Assembly: GCA_016188705.1 (NCBI GenBank)
Contig: JACPHH010000016.1
Coordinates: 21,690 to 85,689, forward strand
Reading direction: 5' to 3'
DNA from: Candidatus Peregrinibacteria bacterium
Lineage (GTDB): Bacteria; Patescibacteriota; Gracilibacteria; UBA1369; JACRIC01
DNA length: 64,000 bases
The translations under genes and the position numbers were made by a program. Numbering within the stretch: the first letter of the stretch is position 1; every line of letters begins with the position of its first letter. A model generated the notes under the pieces. The model ran no database searches and was not told the origin of the DNA. It saw only the letters and a list, made by a program, of their open reading frames with translations. Positions 1 through 9,768 of the stretch are shown here, in pieces.

Positions 1-499
1 CAAGACGACCTTCTCCATAGTCTCCACAAGCGAGTTCTCCTCTATCAGGACCAATAAAAACGCAACCGACTTTTTGAAGTTTAGTGACATTTTCTTGAAC
101 CATCGGATTACTCCACATACGATAATTCATTGCTGGAACTATTAAAACAGGCTTTTGATTACCCAAAAAAATCGTCGTAAGAAGATTATCCGCGATTCCA
201 TGCGCCATTTTTCCTAAAATATTCGCAGTAGCAGGACAAATAATAAAAATATCATGAATTTCTGACAACCGAAGATGAGCATAAGGAAAAGAAAAATCGT
301 CAGGCATCTCATCAAAATAAACTTGATTACCCGAAAGAGCGGCAAAAACAGTCGGATTGATACATTTTTTAGCTCCCCGCGTCATAACAACTGTCGTGGT
401 AGCCCCTTCATTTTTAAAAAGACGAATAAGGTCTAATGCTTTATAGAGAGCCACGCTTGCAGTAACGCCTAAAAGAATTTTTTTGCCAGATAGATACAT
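1..499 (-). CDS. coaBC: phosphopantothenoylcysteine decarboxylase flavoprotein domain (CoaC, N-terminal part of CoaBC); gene continues past window start
   Basis: Own minus-strand translation from ATG at 497-499: MYLSGKKILLGVTASVALYKALDLIRLFKNEGATTTVVMTRGAKK...ICPATANILGKMAHGIADNLL...VPAMNYRMWSNPMVQENV...GELACGDYGEGRL. This is the typical CoaC flavoprotein signature. It is absent from the ORF track because it is truncated. Confidence 0.8.
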   Translation of the reverse strand, partial: MYLSGKKILLGVTASVALYKALDLIRLFKNEGATTTVVMTRGAKKCINPTVFAALSGNQVYFDEMPDDFSFPYAHLRLSEIHDIFIICPATANILGKMAHGIADNLLTTIFLGNQKPVLIVPAMNYRMWSNPMVQENVTKLQKVGCVFIGPDRGELACGDYGEGRL

Positions 500-503
500 T
501 TTT

Positions 504-1268
504 TTATGAATAACTTTCTTGTTCAGAAGGATAATTGCCGGAAATAACATCTTTTATAAAATGATGAGTCGCTTGCGAAATTTCCTTATCAATATGAGCA
601 TATTTTCGAACAAATCTAGGACGAACATCGCTCGAAAAACCCAAAATATCATGAAGTACAAGAATTTGACCATCTGTCAAAGACCCAGCGCCAATTCCAA
701 TAGTTGGAATACGAAGTTTTTGAGTTATTTCCAAGCCCAAAGAAGATGGAATACATTCTAAAATTACAGCAAAAGCACCAGCCTGCTCCAATGCTACCGC
801 CTCTTCAAAAACTTTTTTTCGAGAAATATCATCCTTTCCTTGAATCTTATAGGACTGAACTTCCTGCGGTTTTAAACCCGTATGTCCCATGACGGCAATA
901 CCTGTCTGTGCCACGGCCCGAACAGATTCAGGTTTACCTTCAATTTTCACCACGTGAGCGCCTGTTTCTTCGCAGACTTTGCGACAAGAGGCGATAGCTT
1001 TTTCCGGTGTGTCACAGGTCGCGATAGGCATATCAATAACCACAAGAGATTTGCTATTTCCGCGCATCACGGCCTGTCCATGACGAATCATGTCATCAAG
1101 AGTAACAAAATGAGTGCTGGAATATCCAAGAACGACCATGCCAAGGGAATCTCCGACCAAAATCACGTCCACTCCAGCCTCGCTTACAATTTTGGCAGTC
1201 GGATAATCATAGGCCGTAAGAGCCGTAATTTTCCTTTTCCCTTTAAGCTGAACAATATGTTGCATCAT
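504..1268 (-). CDS. panB: 3-methyl-2-oxobutanoate hydroxymethyltransferase (ketopantoate hydroxymethyltransferase)
   Basis: 254 aa ORF. LTAYDYPTA, ILVGDSLGMVVLGY, VKIEG and GHTGL(K)PQ blocks are characteristic of PanB. Confidence 0.9.
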   Translation of the reverse strand: MMQHIVQLKGKRKITALTAYDYPTAKIVSEAGVDVILVGDSLGMVVLGYSSTHFVTLDDMIRHGQAVMRGNSKSLVVIDMPIATCDTPEKAIASCRKVCEETGAHVVKIEGKPESVRAVAQTGIAVMGHTGLKPQEVQSYKIQGKDDISRKKVFEEAVALEQAGAFAVILECIPSSLGLEITQKLRIPTIGIGAGSLTDGQILVLHDILGFSSDVRPRFVRKYAHIDKEISQATHHFIKDVISGNYPSEQESYS

Positions 1269-1277
1269 AATATCATT

Positions 1278-1353
1278 TTAGGAATCTCTGAAAAAACATA
1301 CCATCTACTGCGATTTTACCATGTCGGCTGCAAAATGTTCAGAGGCTCCTTTA
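1278..1353. repeat. inverted pair of the stop-anchored intergenic repeat (motif A), between coaW and panB
   Basis: Plus strand reads TTAGGAATCTCTGAAAAAACATACCATCTACTGCG. Minus strand reads TAAAGGAGCCTCTGAACATTTTGC and starts at the coaW stop codon (1351-1353). The two heads can pair as a hairpin. Confidence 0.7.
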
Positions 1354-2286
1354 CACTCCTGCTCCAATCGCGGAAACATATTCAGCATTTTTCGGCAAAA
1401 TCACTCGAATTTTATACATATCAGCAACGGAAAAAATAACATCCATAATTTTTTGAACACGAGTGAGTTTTCCTGTCAAAACAACAATTTTAACATTATG
1501 AGCCTGCGCCGCGAAAACAAACGCAGTGGCAATCGTTTGACCTATGAGATTCACAATACCTGCCGCCAAATCATCTTTTGAAAAAATAATTTCTTTCCCA
1601 ACTATCTTTCCAAAATTCGAAGCCGTCGCATAAGCCGGCACCATTCCAATCCCCTCTCCAATAATATCCGAAACGCTCAGGTCAACATGTTCAACATTGC
1701 CGCGTTCATATCGTTTTATAATAGCACGAATATCATTTTCTCCAAGTATAAGATGATTTAAGGCAAGAAAAGTGCCACCTCCTATTCCCGTCCCTCCAAT
1801 ATGCTGACAAATTCCATTTTCCACCTTCACCATGCAGGTTCCAGTTCCCATACTGACAACAAGAATAGGATCAATGGAACAACTCGAATTGGCCACATAT
1901 TTCGAATCATTTATACAATGCGAATCATTTGCATGGCTTGAACTGGTTGCGTAATTTGAATCAATCACGCGATTTAAATCAGATGCAGATGCCAAATCCG
2001 ATTGGAGAAGAAACATTCCTCCTTTTCCAACAGCCTCAATTTCGTCAACTTTTTGAACTTCTTTTCCAAAAACACGCGACGGAAAAAAACGACTTCTACC
2101 ACCGGTAACCTTTAAAAAATCAAAAGAAGCCAGTTCAAACGCATTTTTTTTTAAAAAAACTTCAAGATCGCTAACTTCCACTTCCCGTGTATTAAAAGAA
2201 ATAATACGGGAAGGAATATTATTGTTCCACCAAATGGCATCGACTGTCGAAGCGCCAAAATCAAGAGTGAGAAAAGATAAAATCAT
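1351..2286 (-). CDS. coaW: type II (CoaW/eukaryotic-like) pantothenate kinase with a Ser/Asn-rich insertion
   Basis: ASKHA-fold blocks LTLDFGASTVD, VTGGRS, VSMGTGTC, GGTGIGGGTF and TGKL. The start is placed at the internal Met (MILSFLTLDFG, 2286), not the ORF-track start at 2346. Confidence 0.7.
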   Translation of the reverse strand: MILSFLTLDFGASTVDAIWWNNNIPSRIISFNTREVEVSDLEVFLKKNAFELASFDFLKVTGGRSRFFPSRVFGKEVQKVDEIEAVGKGGMFLLQSDLASASDLNRVIDSNYATSSSHANDSHCINDSKYVANSSCSIDPILVVSMGTGTCMVKVENGICQHIGGTGIGGGTFLALNHLILGENDIRAIIKRYERGNVEHVDLSVSDIIGEGIGMVPAYATASNFGKIVGKEIIFSKDDLAAGIVNLIGQTIATAFVFAAQAHNVKIVVLTGKLTRVQKIMDVIFSVADMYKIRVILPKNAEYVSAIGAGV

Positions 2287-2471
2287 GACACATAAATATT
2301 GACGCAATCGTAATATGAGCAAAGCCAAAATACAAGAACGAGACAATTATTTCTTGAGGTAGCAAGGAGATTTTTAAAAAAAATATTTATTTTGTGTAAT
2401 TTTTCCGATACAATTTCACCTTGGATTATCTCTATTTTTATACATAAAAAATATCTTAAAAAATCTTCCGC

Positions 2472-4547
2472 ATGAACATTACATTTCTCGCCATAGTGGC
2501 AAGCCTTATCTCGATTTTATGGGCTTTATATCTTGTAATCGACGTTCTTCGACAAAAAACAGGAACACCTGAAATGCAAAAAATCGCGCAAGCTATTCAA
2601 GAAGGCGCCAATGCTTATATACATCGACAGTATAAAACAATAGCACTTTTTGCCATTATAATTTTTATAATTCTCGGCGTGGTGCTTCCAAAAGGAGACT
2701 ATAATTCAAATTATCTGATTGCTTTAGCGTTTCTTGTTGGAGCCGTTTTTTCAGCGCTCGCGGGTTATACAGGCATGGCAATATCAGTTCGCGCCAATAT
2801 TCGTACCGCAAATGCTGCGAAAAAAGGCTTAAGTGAAGCTTTAAGCGTCGCGTTCCGTGGAGGATCGGTTACTGGACTTGTTGTTGTTGGACTCGCGTTG
2901 CTTGGAGTAAGCGGCTTTTATTTTCTTTTTCAATCTGTCTGGAATGTCCCTCCAAGTGAAACTCCAAAACTTCTCATTGGCTTTGGATTCGGGGCATCGC
3001 TCATCTCACTTTTCGCTCGAGTTGGAGGCGGTATTTTTACGAAAGCAGCTGATGTTGGAGCAGATCTTGTAGGAAAGATAGAAAAAAATATTCCGGAAGA
3101 TGACCCAAGGAATCCAGCAGTAATCGCGGATAATGTTGGTGACAACGTTGGTGATTGCGCGGGAATGGGAGCGGATCTTTTTGAAACCTACGCGGTAACG
3201 CTTATTGCCGCGATGATTCTCGCCGCGTCGACTATAACGGAAAAACTTTCTCCAATCTTGGCGATTGAATTGCCATTACTTTTGGGATCAATCGCTATAA
3301 TCGCCTCGATTATCGGAACATTTTTCGTAAAACTTGGAAAAAATAAAAACATTATGGGAGCTCTCTACAAAGGCATGATCGCGACTGGAATTGTTTCAGC
3401 CGTAGGATTTTATTTTGCTGTAGATTTTATGATCGGATCTATTGAAATTTTTTATGCAACGCTCGTTGGACTTTTATTAACGCTTGCCATAAACATAATC
3501 ACGGAATATTACACTTCAACGAAATACCAACCTGTGCAAAAAATCGCAAAAGCGTCCGAAACCGGAGCAGGAACAAATATCATTATCGGACTCGCCGTTG
3601 GTCTTCAAAGTACAATTCTTCCTGTTTTTGCCATCGTTATTGCGATTGGCGCTTCCTACTATTTTGGCGAAACATCTTACCTTGAAAATGGTGTTTATGG
3701 AATCGCGATCGCGGCGGTAGCAATGCTTTCCACCACAGGTCTCGTCATTGCGACGGATTCGTATGGACCAATTACTGATAACGCGGGAGGTATCGCGGAA
3801 ATGGCGCACCTACCCGAATCCGTACGAAAAAATACCGACGCGCTCGACGCAGTCGGAAATACAACCAAGGCCGTAACAAAAGGATATGCCATCGGTTCCG
3901 CGGCTCTGGCGGCAATTGTTCTTTTCCAAGCATACACCGAAGAACTCTCCATTAATTCAATAGGAAAAACTTGGACTTTTGATCTCTCCGACCCTCGAGT
4001 CGTCATCGGTCTTTTCCTTGGAGGAGTGCTTCCTTTTTTCTTTTCAGCGCTCACGATGCAAGCCGTAGGAAAAGCAGCGCATAAAGTAGTGGAAGAAGTA
4101 CGCCGGCAATTTAGAGAAATTAAAGGTATCATGAGCGGAAAGGAAAAACCGCAATACGATGTTTGCGTCGATTTAGTAACTCAGGCGGCCTTGAAAGAAA
4201 TGATTTTCCCCGGCCTCATTGCCATATTCGCTCCAATCTTGGTCGGATTTATTCTCGGACCGCAAGCTCTTGGAGGGCTTCTCATGGGTGTCATTATTAC
4301 CGGTCTCCTTATGGCTATTCAAATGGCCAATGGCGGAGGAGCTTGGGATAATGCTAAAAAATATATCGAAAACGGAAAATTCGGAGGAAAAGGATCCGAT
4401 GCCCACAAAGCAGCAATAGTTGGAGATACTGTTTGCGATCCATTTAAAGATACTTCAGGTCCAGCTCTCAATGCTCTCATTAAAGTAATAAATACGATTG
4501 CTCTCATTATCACGCCTCTCATCGCAACTTATACGCTTTGGAGTTAA
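2472..4547 (+). CDS. hppA: membrane-bound proton/sodium-translocating inorganic pyrophosphatase
   Basis: 691 aa polytopic protein carrying the hallmark GGG(I)[35 protein letters not shown] and [13 protein letters not shown] motifs. Confidence 0.95.
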   Translation: MNITFLAIVASLISILWALYLVIDVLRQKTGTPEMQKIAQAIQEGANAYIHRQYKTIALFAIIIFIILGVVLPKGDYNSNYLIALAFLVGAVFSALAGYTGMAISVRANIRTANAAKKGLSEALSVAFRGGSVTGLVVVGLALLGVSGFYFLFQSVWNVPPSETPKLLIGFGFGASLISLFARVGGGIFTKAADVGADLVGKIEKNIPEDDPRNPAVIADNVGDNVGDCAGMGADLFETYAVTLIAAMILAASTITEKLSPILAIELPLLLGSIAIIASIIGTFFVKLGKNKNIMGALYKGMIATGIVSAVGFYFAVDFMIGSIEIFYATLVGLLLTLAINIITEYYTSTKYQPVQKIAKASETGAGTNIIIGLAVGLQSTILPVFAIVIAIGASYYFGETSYLENGVYGIAIAAVAMLSTTGLVIATDSYGPITDNAGGIAEMAHLPESVRKNTDALDAVGNTTKAVTKGYAIGSAALAAIVLFQAYTEELSINSIGKTWTFDLSDPRVVIGLFLGGVLPFFFSALTMQAVGKAAHKVVEEVRRQFREIKGIMSGKEKPQYDVCVDLVTQAALKEMIFPGLIAIFAPILVGFILGPQALGGLLMGVIITGLLMAIQMANGGGAWDNAKKYIENGKFGGKGSDAHKAAIVGDTVCDPFKDTSGPALNALIKVINTIALIITPLIATYTLWS

Positions 4548-4590
4548 AAACATTTCTGCCACTAAGAAAACATCACATTTTTTTTAAAAA

Positions 4591-4833
4591 ATGGCGCTCA
4601 GACCGAATACACATCAAGATACCTGCCAAGTTCAAGTTACCCTCGAGAAATTTGAAGAACGATACGCCATACTGCGTTCGCCGCACGGCTTCGAATACCG
4701 TTGGCCGATAAAAAATCTCCCTGAGAGTATTCAAATTGGCGAAACCATTTTTCTCACATTGAAAACGGATAATATGTTGAAAGACCAACAGTATAAAAAC
4801 ATGCGCGAACTTCTTACGGAAATGATCAATTAA
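4591..4833 (+). CDS. small hypothetical protein (possibly DUF3006-like)
   Basis: 80 aa ORF on the coding strand between hppA and the convergent DUF3048 gene. There is only a weak resemblance to the DUF3006 beta-barrel proteins. Confidence 0.4.
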   Translation: MALRPNTHQDTCQVQVTLEKFEERYAILRSPHGFEYRWPIKNLPESIQIGETIFLTLKTDNMLKDQQYKNMRELLTEMIN

Positions 4834-4870
4834 AAAACACTTTTTCAACTGCAAATAGAAAAAGTTGAGG

Positions 4871-4995
4871 AGTGGTGAAAAATTTATAGCCAATTTTGCA
4901 AATTGCAGTAGTAAGCACATTTTTCTTAAGGTTCCTAAATGATTCTCTGAAAATGCAACTTTTTTCGTTCGAATACTGAAAATATCGCTACTAAA
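4871..4995. repeat. head-to-head pair of the intergenic repeat family (long variant with CTACTGCAATTTGC)
   Basis: The minus strand of 4871-4937 reads AGGAACCTTAAGAAAAATGTGCTTACTACTGCAATTTGCAAAATTGGCTATAAATTTTTCACC, about 75 percent identical by eye to 53396-53455. The plus strand from 4941 reads GATTCTCTGAAAATGCAAC. Confidence 0.7.
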
Positions 4996-5001
4996 CTCTC
5001 T

Positions 5002-6156
5002 TCACGGATAGATTTCAAGGCTCTTTTCATCATTAAGAATCGTAATCCAGGTCTGTCCAGGCCTCAAAACAAATTGCTGACCGCTGTCATCATAAAATCG
5101 TGTCACGTCGTCCGATTCCTTTTTCCAAACACCAAAATACTGACGACCGCCTGAAAAAAGAAACGCTTTTCCAGAACCGGAAGTTTTCATTTCAAGCCTT
5201 CCTTCGTCGTCGATTGGATAATAAGAAGTAAACTGAACAAGAATATTTCGGGGAGTAATATCACCAGTAGAATCGTGATGGATATTTCCAGCGAGATAGC
5301 GAACATAACGATCAGAAACAGGATCATAAACGTACTCAACTTCAAAAGAAGGAGTGGAAAAATGAATATCAAATCGTGAAACAGATGCAGAAAAAAAAGA
5401 CGATCCGGAAACAGAACCGGAAACAGAAGAAGAAACATTGCCAAAAAGAAAATGGGGACGATCAAGCGAAACATTCCACTTTTTATCATTTATGATGCTC
5501 TGAATACCTGCGAATGAACCAAAAAGATTATGAGGAGCGGCATATTGAATATCTCTCGCAAAATAATGTGCAATCCGCGTATCGGACTCAGGCGAAATTT
5601 CCTCCCAATAAAGGGCCTCAATATTCAACAAATCTTTAGTGGAATAAAGACGAGTAAGGGCATCATTACTACCGCCGGCATGAACATAGGCGGCCTTGTA
5701 TTCGGAAGCAAAATCAATAAAATACGGTCTCGCTGAACGAACAGGACCAACCCATGAAAGATTTTGATACGAATATAAAGCCAAAAAACGAGTAATGCCT
5801 CCTTCAGCGAGAGCTTCATAAACAATACTGGCTTTGCTGAGTCCTTCATGCTGAACTCGGGCTTGAGGATGATTCTCAATCATAACAGCAATAACCGGCC
5901 CTTCTGGAGCAGAAAGTACGGTTCCATCAAGCGCCGAAATATATTTTTCTGTCGGTAATACATTTTTCGATACATTCCGCGGAGACGAGGTCTGATCACT
6001 CTGAATGGCAGAAGTAAGATTTGGAAAAATTTGAGAAACTTGATGCAGAGTAAATGACTGTTCCTGAATTACAAAAAACCACAAGGCTAAAAAAATCGCC
6101 GTACCGACAAAAAAAATCATCAAAAAAAACGCTCTACGCTTTACCCAAAACAGCAT
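5002..6156 (-). CDS. DUF3048-domain secreted/lipoprotein-like protein
   Basis: N-terminal TM/signal segment. The VIAVMIENHPQARVQHEGLSKASIVYEALAEGGITRFLALY block is typical of DUF3048 (YerB-like). Confidence 0.75.
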   Translation of the reverse strand: MLFWVKRRAFFLMIFFVGTAIFLALWFFVIQEQSFTLHQVSQIFPNLTSAIQSDQTSSPRNVSKNVLPTEKYISALDGTVLSAPEGPVIAVMIENHPQARVQHEGLSKASIVYEALAEGGITRFLALYSYQNLSWVGPVRSARPYFIDFASEYKAAYVHAGGSNDALTRLYSTKDLLNIEALYWEEISPESDTRIAHYFARDIQYAAPHNLFGSFAGIQSIINDKKWNVSLDRPHFLFGNVSSSVSGSVSGSSFFSASVSRFDIHFSTPSFEVEYVYDPVSDRYVRYLAGNIHHDSTGDITPRNILVQFTSYYPIDDEGRLEMKTSGSGKAFLFSGGRQYFGVWKKESDDVTRFYDDSGQQFVLRPGQTWITILNDEKSLEIYP

Positions 6157-6165
6157 TGCAAAAAA

Positions 6166-6828
6166 TTAAGATGCAGCTTCTTGTTTTGATTCTTCTCCTT
6201 TCGGCGCTTCAGCTCCTTCCACGGGAACTTCTGTTGTAGCAGCTGTCTCAACAACAGGAGCTTCTTCAACCTCTTCCTTCACCATTGTAACACTCACTAC
6301 GGTAAGTTCGGGAGAATCCATTACTTCAACGCCTTCAGGTACGCTAATTTCGCTGACATGAATAGAAGTGTGAAAATCAACAATAGAAGAAATATCAACT
6401 GTAATAGAATGAGGAATATTTTCAGGAAGACAGCGCACCTCGATTTCATGCTTATTAATGGTAAGAACTCCTCCAAGATCCTTCACCGCGAGAGACGTTC
6501 CTGTAAATTGAAGAGGTACCGAAGTGGTTACTTTTTTCGTCATATCCACATGAATAAAATCCACATGATCGAATGTATCTCTTACCGGATTCATCTGCAG
6601 ATCATGAATAAGGACCTTCAAAGGATTATTTCCATCAATATTAAGATCAAGAACCGTATTCGTGCCGCCTTGAGCATATATCTTACAAAAATCCTGATAC
6701 GATATTTTTAAAGATATATTCTCCTTTTTCATACCATAATAAATGGCGGGTATAAAACCATCAGAACGAAGATATTTCGCCCTATCTTTTGGATCGCGTA
6801 TAAAAGCTCGAAGCGCGAGAGTTTCCAT
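6166..6828 (-). CDS. rplY: 50S ribosomal protein L25 / general stress protein Ctc, with an acidic C-terminal tail
   Basis: METLALRAFIRDPKDRAKYLRSDGFIPAIYYG... followed by both L25 beta-barrel domains. The start is placed at the Met at 6828 because the upstream 36 codons of the track ORF look non-native. Confidence 0.85.
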   Translation of the reverse strand: METLALRAFIRDPKDRAKYLRSDGFIPAIYYGMKKENISLKISYQDFCKIYAQGGTNTVLDLNIDGNNPLKVLIHDLQMNPVRDTFDHVDFIHVDMTKKVTTSVPLQFTGTSLAVKDLGGVLTINKHEIEVRCLPENIPHSITVDISSIVDFHTSIHVSEISVPEGVEVMDSPELTVVSVTMVKEEVEEAPVVETAATTEVPVEGAEAPKGEESKQEAAS

Positions 6829-6947
6829 AAATAAAAATTTCCATAAATAATATAGCGGAGCGAAAATGAGTATAGCCAACCCTTTAAACAAAAGCAAGAG
6901 ATTTCCACGTACCTTTACTTCAAACTCAAATCTCATTACAATGGAGC

Positions 6948-7274
6948 ATGCGAAAATACCTTTACATCATTACTATGCTCGAAAAAATAAAAGACATGTA
7001 TAAGCTGCAAAAAGAAGCGAAGCAGATAAAAAAAGAGCTTAAAAATATACATATTGAAGCGGAATCAGGAGAAGTAATCGTTACTATTAACGGTGAACAG
7101 GAAGTGGTTGCCGTAAAACTCCCCGATATAATAAATGAACCTCAAAAAATAGCGGAAAATCTTCTCAAAGCTTTCAATAAAGCTATAAAAAAATCCCAAC
7201 AAATTGCCGCAGAACGCATGAGCGGAGTGATGAAAGAAATGGGACTTGGAAACCTTTTGGGACAAGAAAAATAA
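6948..7274 (+). CDS. ybaB: YbaB/EbfC family nucleoid-associated protein
   Basis: MYKLQKEAKQIKKELKNIHIEAESGEVIVTINGEQEVVAVKL...LLKAFNKAIKKSQQ fits the YbaB pattern. The true start may be the Met at 6975. Confidence 0.8.
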   Translation: MRKYLYIITMLEKIKDMYKLQKEAKQIKKELKNIHIEAESGEVIVTINGEQEVVAVKLPDIINEPQKIAENLLKAFNKAIKKSQQIAAERMSGVMKEMGLGNLLGQEK

Positions 7275-7278
7275 AAAA

Positions 7279-7317
7279 CCCTAAGAAAAACGTACCATCT
7301 ACTACAATGCGAAATTG
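7279..7317 (+). repeat. intergenic repeat family copy just after the ybaB stop
   Basis: ACCCTAAGAAAAACGTACCATCTACTACAATGCGAAATTG aligns with the copies at 1281 and 53396. Confidence 0.6.
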
Positions 7318-7405
7318 TATTTATGGATAAATTCTAAATATTTTAACGTCTCTTCATTTCGTTCAGTAGCGCTTAACTTTCGCTCATTTATAGGATTTCT
7401 CACTC

Positions 7406-8443
7406 ATGAGAAAAAATTATCAAACGCAGCGCGTTATTCTCATTATAGTAAGCTTGGGAATGTTTGCCTTCATGGTATTTCAGGGCATTTCAGCTGGTTA
7501 TCTCTATTATATTCAAAAACCTGTCGATTCTCAGGATAGTAATCAACACATTATTACGATAACTCGAGGAGAAACGATAGATTCCGTGGGGAAAAAATTA
7601 AAATCAGAGGGGCTTATTCGAAATACATACATTTTTTATATATACATCCGTCAAAAAAATCTCGATGAGAAGGTGCGATCAGGCCGTTTCATTCTTCAAA
7701 AAAATTTTTCGCTCGAAAAAATTGTCTCGCTTCTGACAAATGCATCGCTTGCTGAAAACTCCATAAGCATTATTGAAGGTTGGACCATATTCGATATTGA
7801 TAAAAAATTAACGGAATTGAAGCTTATTAAAACAGGAGAATTTATAGAATACGCGCAAAATTACAACGCGAAAAATCACAATTTGAAAGATTATCCTTTT
7901 TTAAATAATATTCCAAGCATTGAGGGATTTATTTTCCCAGACACTTATTTTATTGATCCAAAAACATTCACGCTTCAAGGTTTCATTCGCCAGACGCTGG
8001 ATAATTTTCAAAAAAAATTAAAAAAGGTTGAAGAGAAAGGAAATATTTCCACGAAACATTCTTTCTATGAAAATATTATCATGGCATCAATTTTAGAAAA
8101 AGAAGTGCGTACAAACGCAGATAGAGCAATTGTCGCGGGAATCCTATGGAAACGTCTTGAAAATAATTGGACGCTCGGCGCCGACGCCACGCTGCTCTAT
8201 GCCACGAAAAAAAATACCATTACATCTGCTGATCTCGATATTGATTCACCGTATAATACTCGAAAATACCGAGGACTACCCCCAACCCCGATATCCAATC
8301 CCGGACTCGAAAGCATCATTTCTGCTTTTTCCCCGGAAAAAAGTCCTTATTGGTTCTATCTTACAAAACCGGATACAGGTGAAGTCGTGTACGCCATTAC
8401 CAATGAAGAACAAAACCTCAATAAACAAAAATACCTTCGCTAA
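7406..8443 (+). CDS. mltG: endolytic murein transglycosylase MltG (YceG-like)
   Basis: N-terminal TM helix, then the YceG domain. SILEKE, LGADATLLYA and PYNTRKYRGLPPTPISNPG are hallmark blocks. Confidence 0.9.
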   Translation: MRKNYQTQRVILIIVSLGMFAFMVFQGISAGYLYYIQKPVDSQDSNQHIITITRGETIDSVGKKLKSEGLIRNTYIFYIYIRQKNLDEKVRSGRFILQKNFSLEKIVSLLTNASLAENSISIIEGWTIFDIDKKLTELKLIKTGEFIEYAQNYNAKNHNLKDYPFLNNIPSIEGFIFPDTYFIDPKTFTLQGFIRQTLDNFQKKLKKVEEKGNISTKHSFYENIIMASILEKEVRTNADRAIVAGILWKRLENNWTLGADATLLYATKKNTITSADLDIDSPYNTRKYRGLPPTPISNPGLESIISAFSPEKSPYWFYLTKPDTGEVVYAITNEEQNLNKQKYLR

Positions 8444-8446
8444 TCG

Positions 8447-8947
8447 CTAAAGACCTCCCCTCCTGCTCTCGATATAACGCCTCAATAATATGTAAGCTGC
8501 ATCTTCTTTTTCACGGATAATTCTAATTCTTTCGATTTCATTAGGTGTAAATTCATGAGATCGTAGGGAAACTAAATCCATACGTCTTGTTAGCAATTCA
8601 CGATAAATTATATTTAAATATTCTAAATTTGGTAGTGAATTAATTCTAAATATTGATAGTGCTTCCAAAAAAAGATTTTGTTCTTTTTCTTTTTCTCGTT
8701 TTCTTTCTTTCTCTGCTTCTTCTTCTAAAGCTGCAAGCACTAAGTCTTTATTGTGATCAACTATATTAAGGAAGGTACGATTAACAAAGTTATAAACCCT
8801 TATTTGTCGAGGAGGATCCAGTAACATATTTGGAATTGGTGGTCGAACAGATGGACGCGGTTCTAATACTCGTTGATCAAAATCGACAATTTCTACAAGA
8901 TTATCATTTAATATATCTTGATAAACATCTTTCAATTCTTCCCCCAT
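8447..8947 (-). CDS. hypothetical protein (orphan, compositionally atypical)
   Basis: 166 aa ORF with its own AT-rich upstream region (TATAAT-like sites at 8950-8990). No motif was recognised. Codon choice is visibly more AT-rich than the neighbouring genes. Confidence 0.4.
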   Translation of the reverse strand: MGEELKDVYQDILNDNLVEIVDFDQRVLEPRPSVRPPIPNMLLDPPRQIRVYNFVNRTFLNIVDHNKDLVLAALEEEAEKERKREKEKEQNLFLEALSIFRINSLPNLEYLNIIYRELLTRRMDLVSLRSHEFTPNEIERIRIIREKEDAAYILLRRYIESRRGGL

Positions 8948-8993
8948 AAAAATAAATTATTATTAACTAAGGTAGTATAATATTATATTTATA

Positions 8994-9755
8994 TTAAAAG
9001 TCAAGAAGAAATTTCATAGGAGACGCGTCTTCCGAAATATTCCAGGAATACCACTGCGATTGTTTAAAATCTTCATCAATGAGAGAAATCGGTTGAACCG
9101 TGTAAAAATTTTCCAAGGCGCGAATATCTTTCGCTCCAATATTCATGGATTCACCTGATTTAAGAGCAAAACTTTCCAAAACTCGTTCAGGCTCGTTGCG
9201 ATCAAAAATTTTAACATGAAGCCCTCCGTCAATCACCCGAACAGTCCCGGAAACATCCTGAGTGAGAGAAAAAATACGAACGCTCGACATGGTAGTATCA
9301 AGAGGCTCAAAGGACATATCATCGCTGCGAACATAAAAAGAAAAATCATCCGCAGCGTCATGGACCCAAATAGCTCCCTGATGAAGAATGATTTCAGCGC
9401 TGGAAACTGTTCCATTAATATTCAATGCTTCCATTTGAAATTCCGTATTTTCATCAAGTCGAATAATATTTTTACCATAAAAATAAACCAAAGCTCGACC
9501 GGCTTTTGAAACATGAACGGTATCTCCTTCCAAAAGCTTTTTTTGTCCCTGTACTTCAGTCCATGCCGAAGATCCCCAAGTCAAAACCTGCGCGCTCCCT
9601 TTTTCCACATAAAGAATCGCTTCCTTTTTTTCCGCATCTTTCGTTCGATCAAAAAAATGAAAACCAAGATTGAGAAAAAAAATACCTCCCAATCCAAAAA
9701 AAATAAGGAGCAAAAAAGGAAAAACATTACGAGAAGAGTATTTTCTATGAGACAT
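8994..9755 (-). CDS. FecR-domain membrane protein
   Basis: N-terminal TM helix followed by the GSAQVL...LLEGDTVHVSKAGRALVYFYGKNIIRLDENTEF pattern typical of the FecR/PF04773 fold. Confidence 0.6.
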   Translation of the reverse strand: MSHRKYSSRNVFPFLLLIFFGLGGIFFLNLGFHFFDRTKDAEKKEAILYVEKGSAQVLTWGSSAWTEVQGQKKLLEGDTVHVSKAGRALVYFYGKNIIRLDENTEFQMEALNINGTVSSAEIILHQGAIWVHDAADDFSFYVRSDDMSFEPLDTTMSSVRIFSLTQDVSGTVRVIDGGLHVKIFDRNEPERVLESFALKSGESMNIGAKDIRALENFYTVQPISLIDEDFKQSQWYSWNISEDASPMKFLLDF

Positions 9756-9768
9756 ACGCTGCTACTAA

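Noticed and set aside
882-1439. Long antisense or shadow ORFs inside well-supported genes (for example 882..1439, 3695..4132, 10171..10641, 20309..20776, 29638..30045, 33994..34569, 36114..36935, 62341..62916).
   Set aside because: Each lies opposite a gene with unmistakable conserved motifs (panB, hppA, dnaA, groEL, methyltransferase, CASDH, DHS, pilC). Their translations are low-complexity or Arg/Ser/Phe-rich, as is typical of antisense frames.
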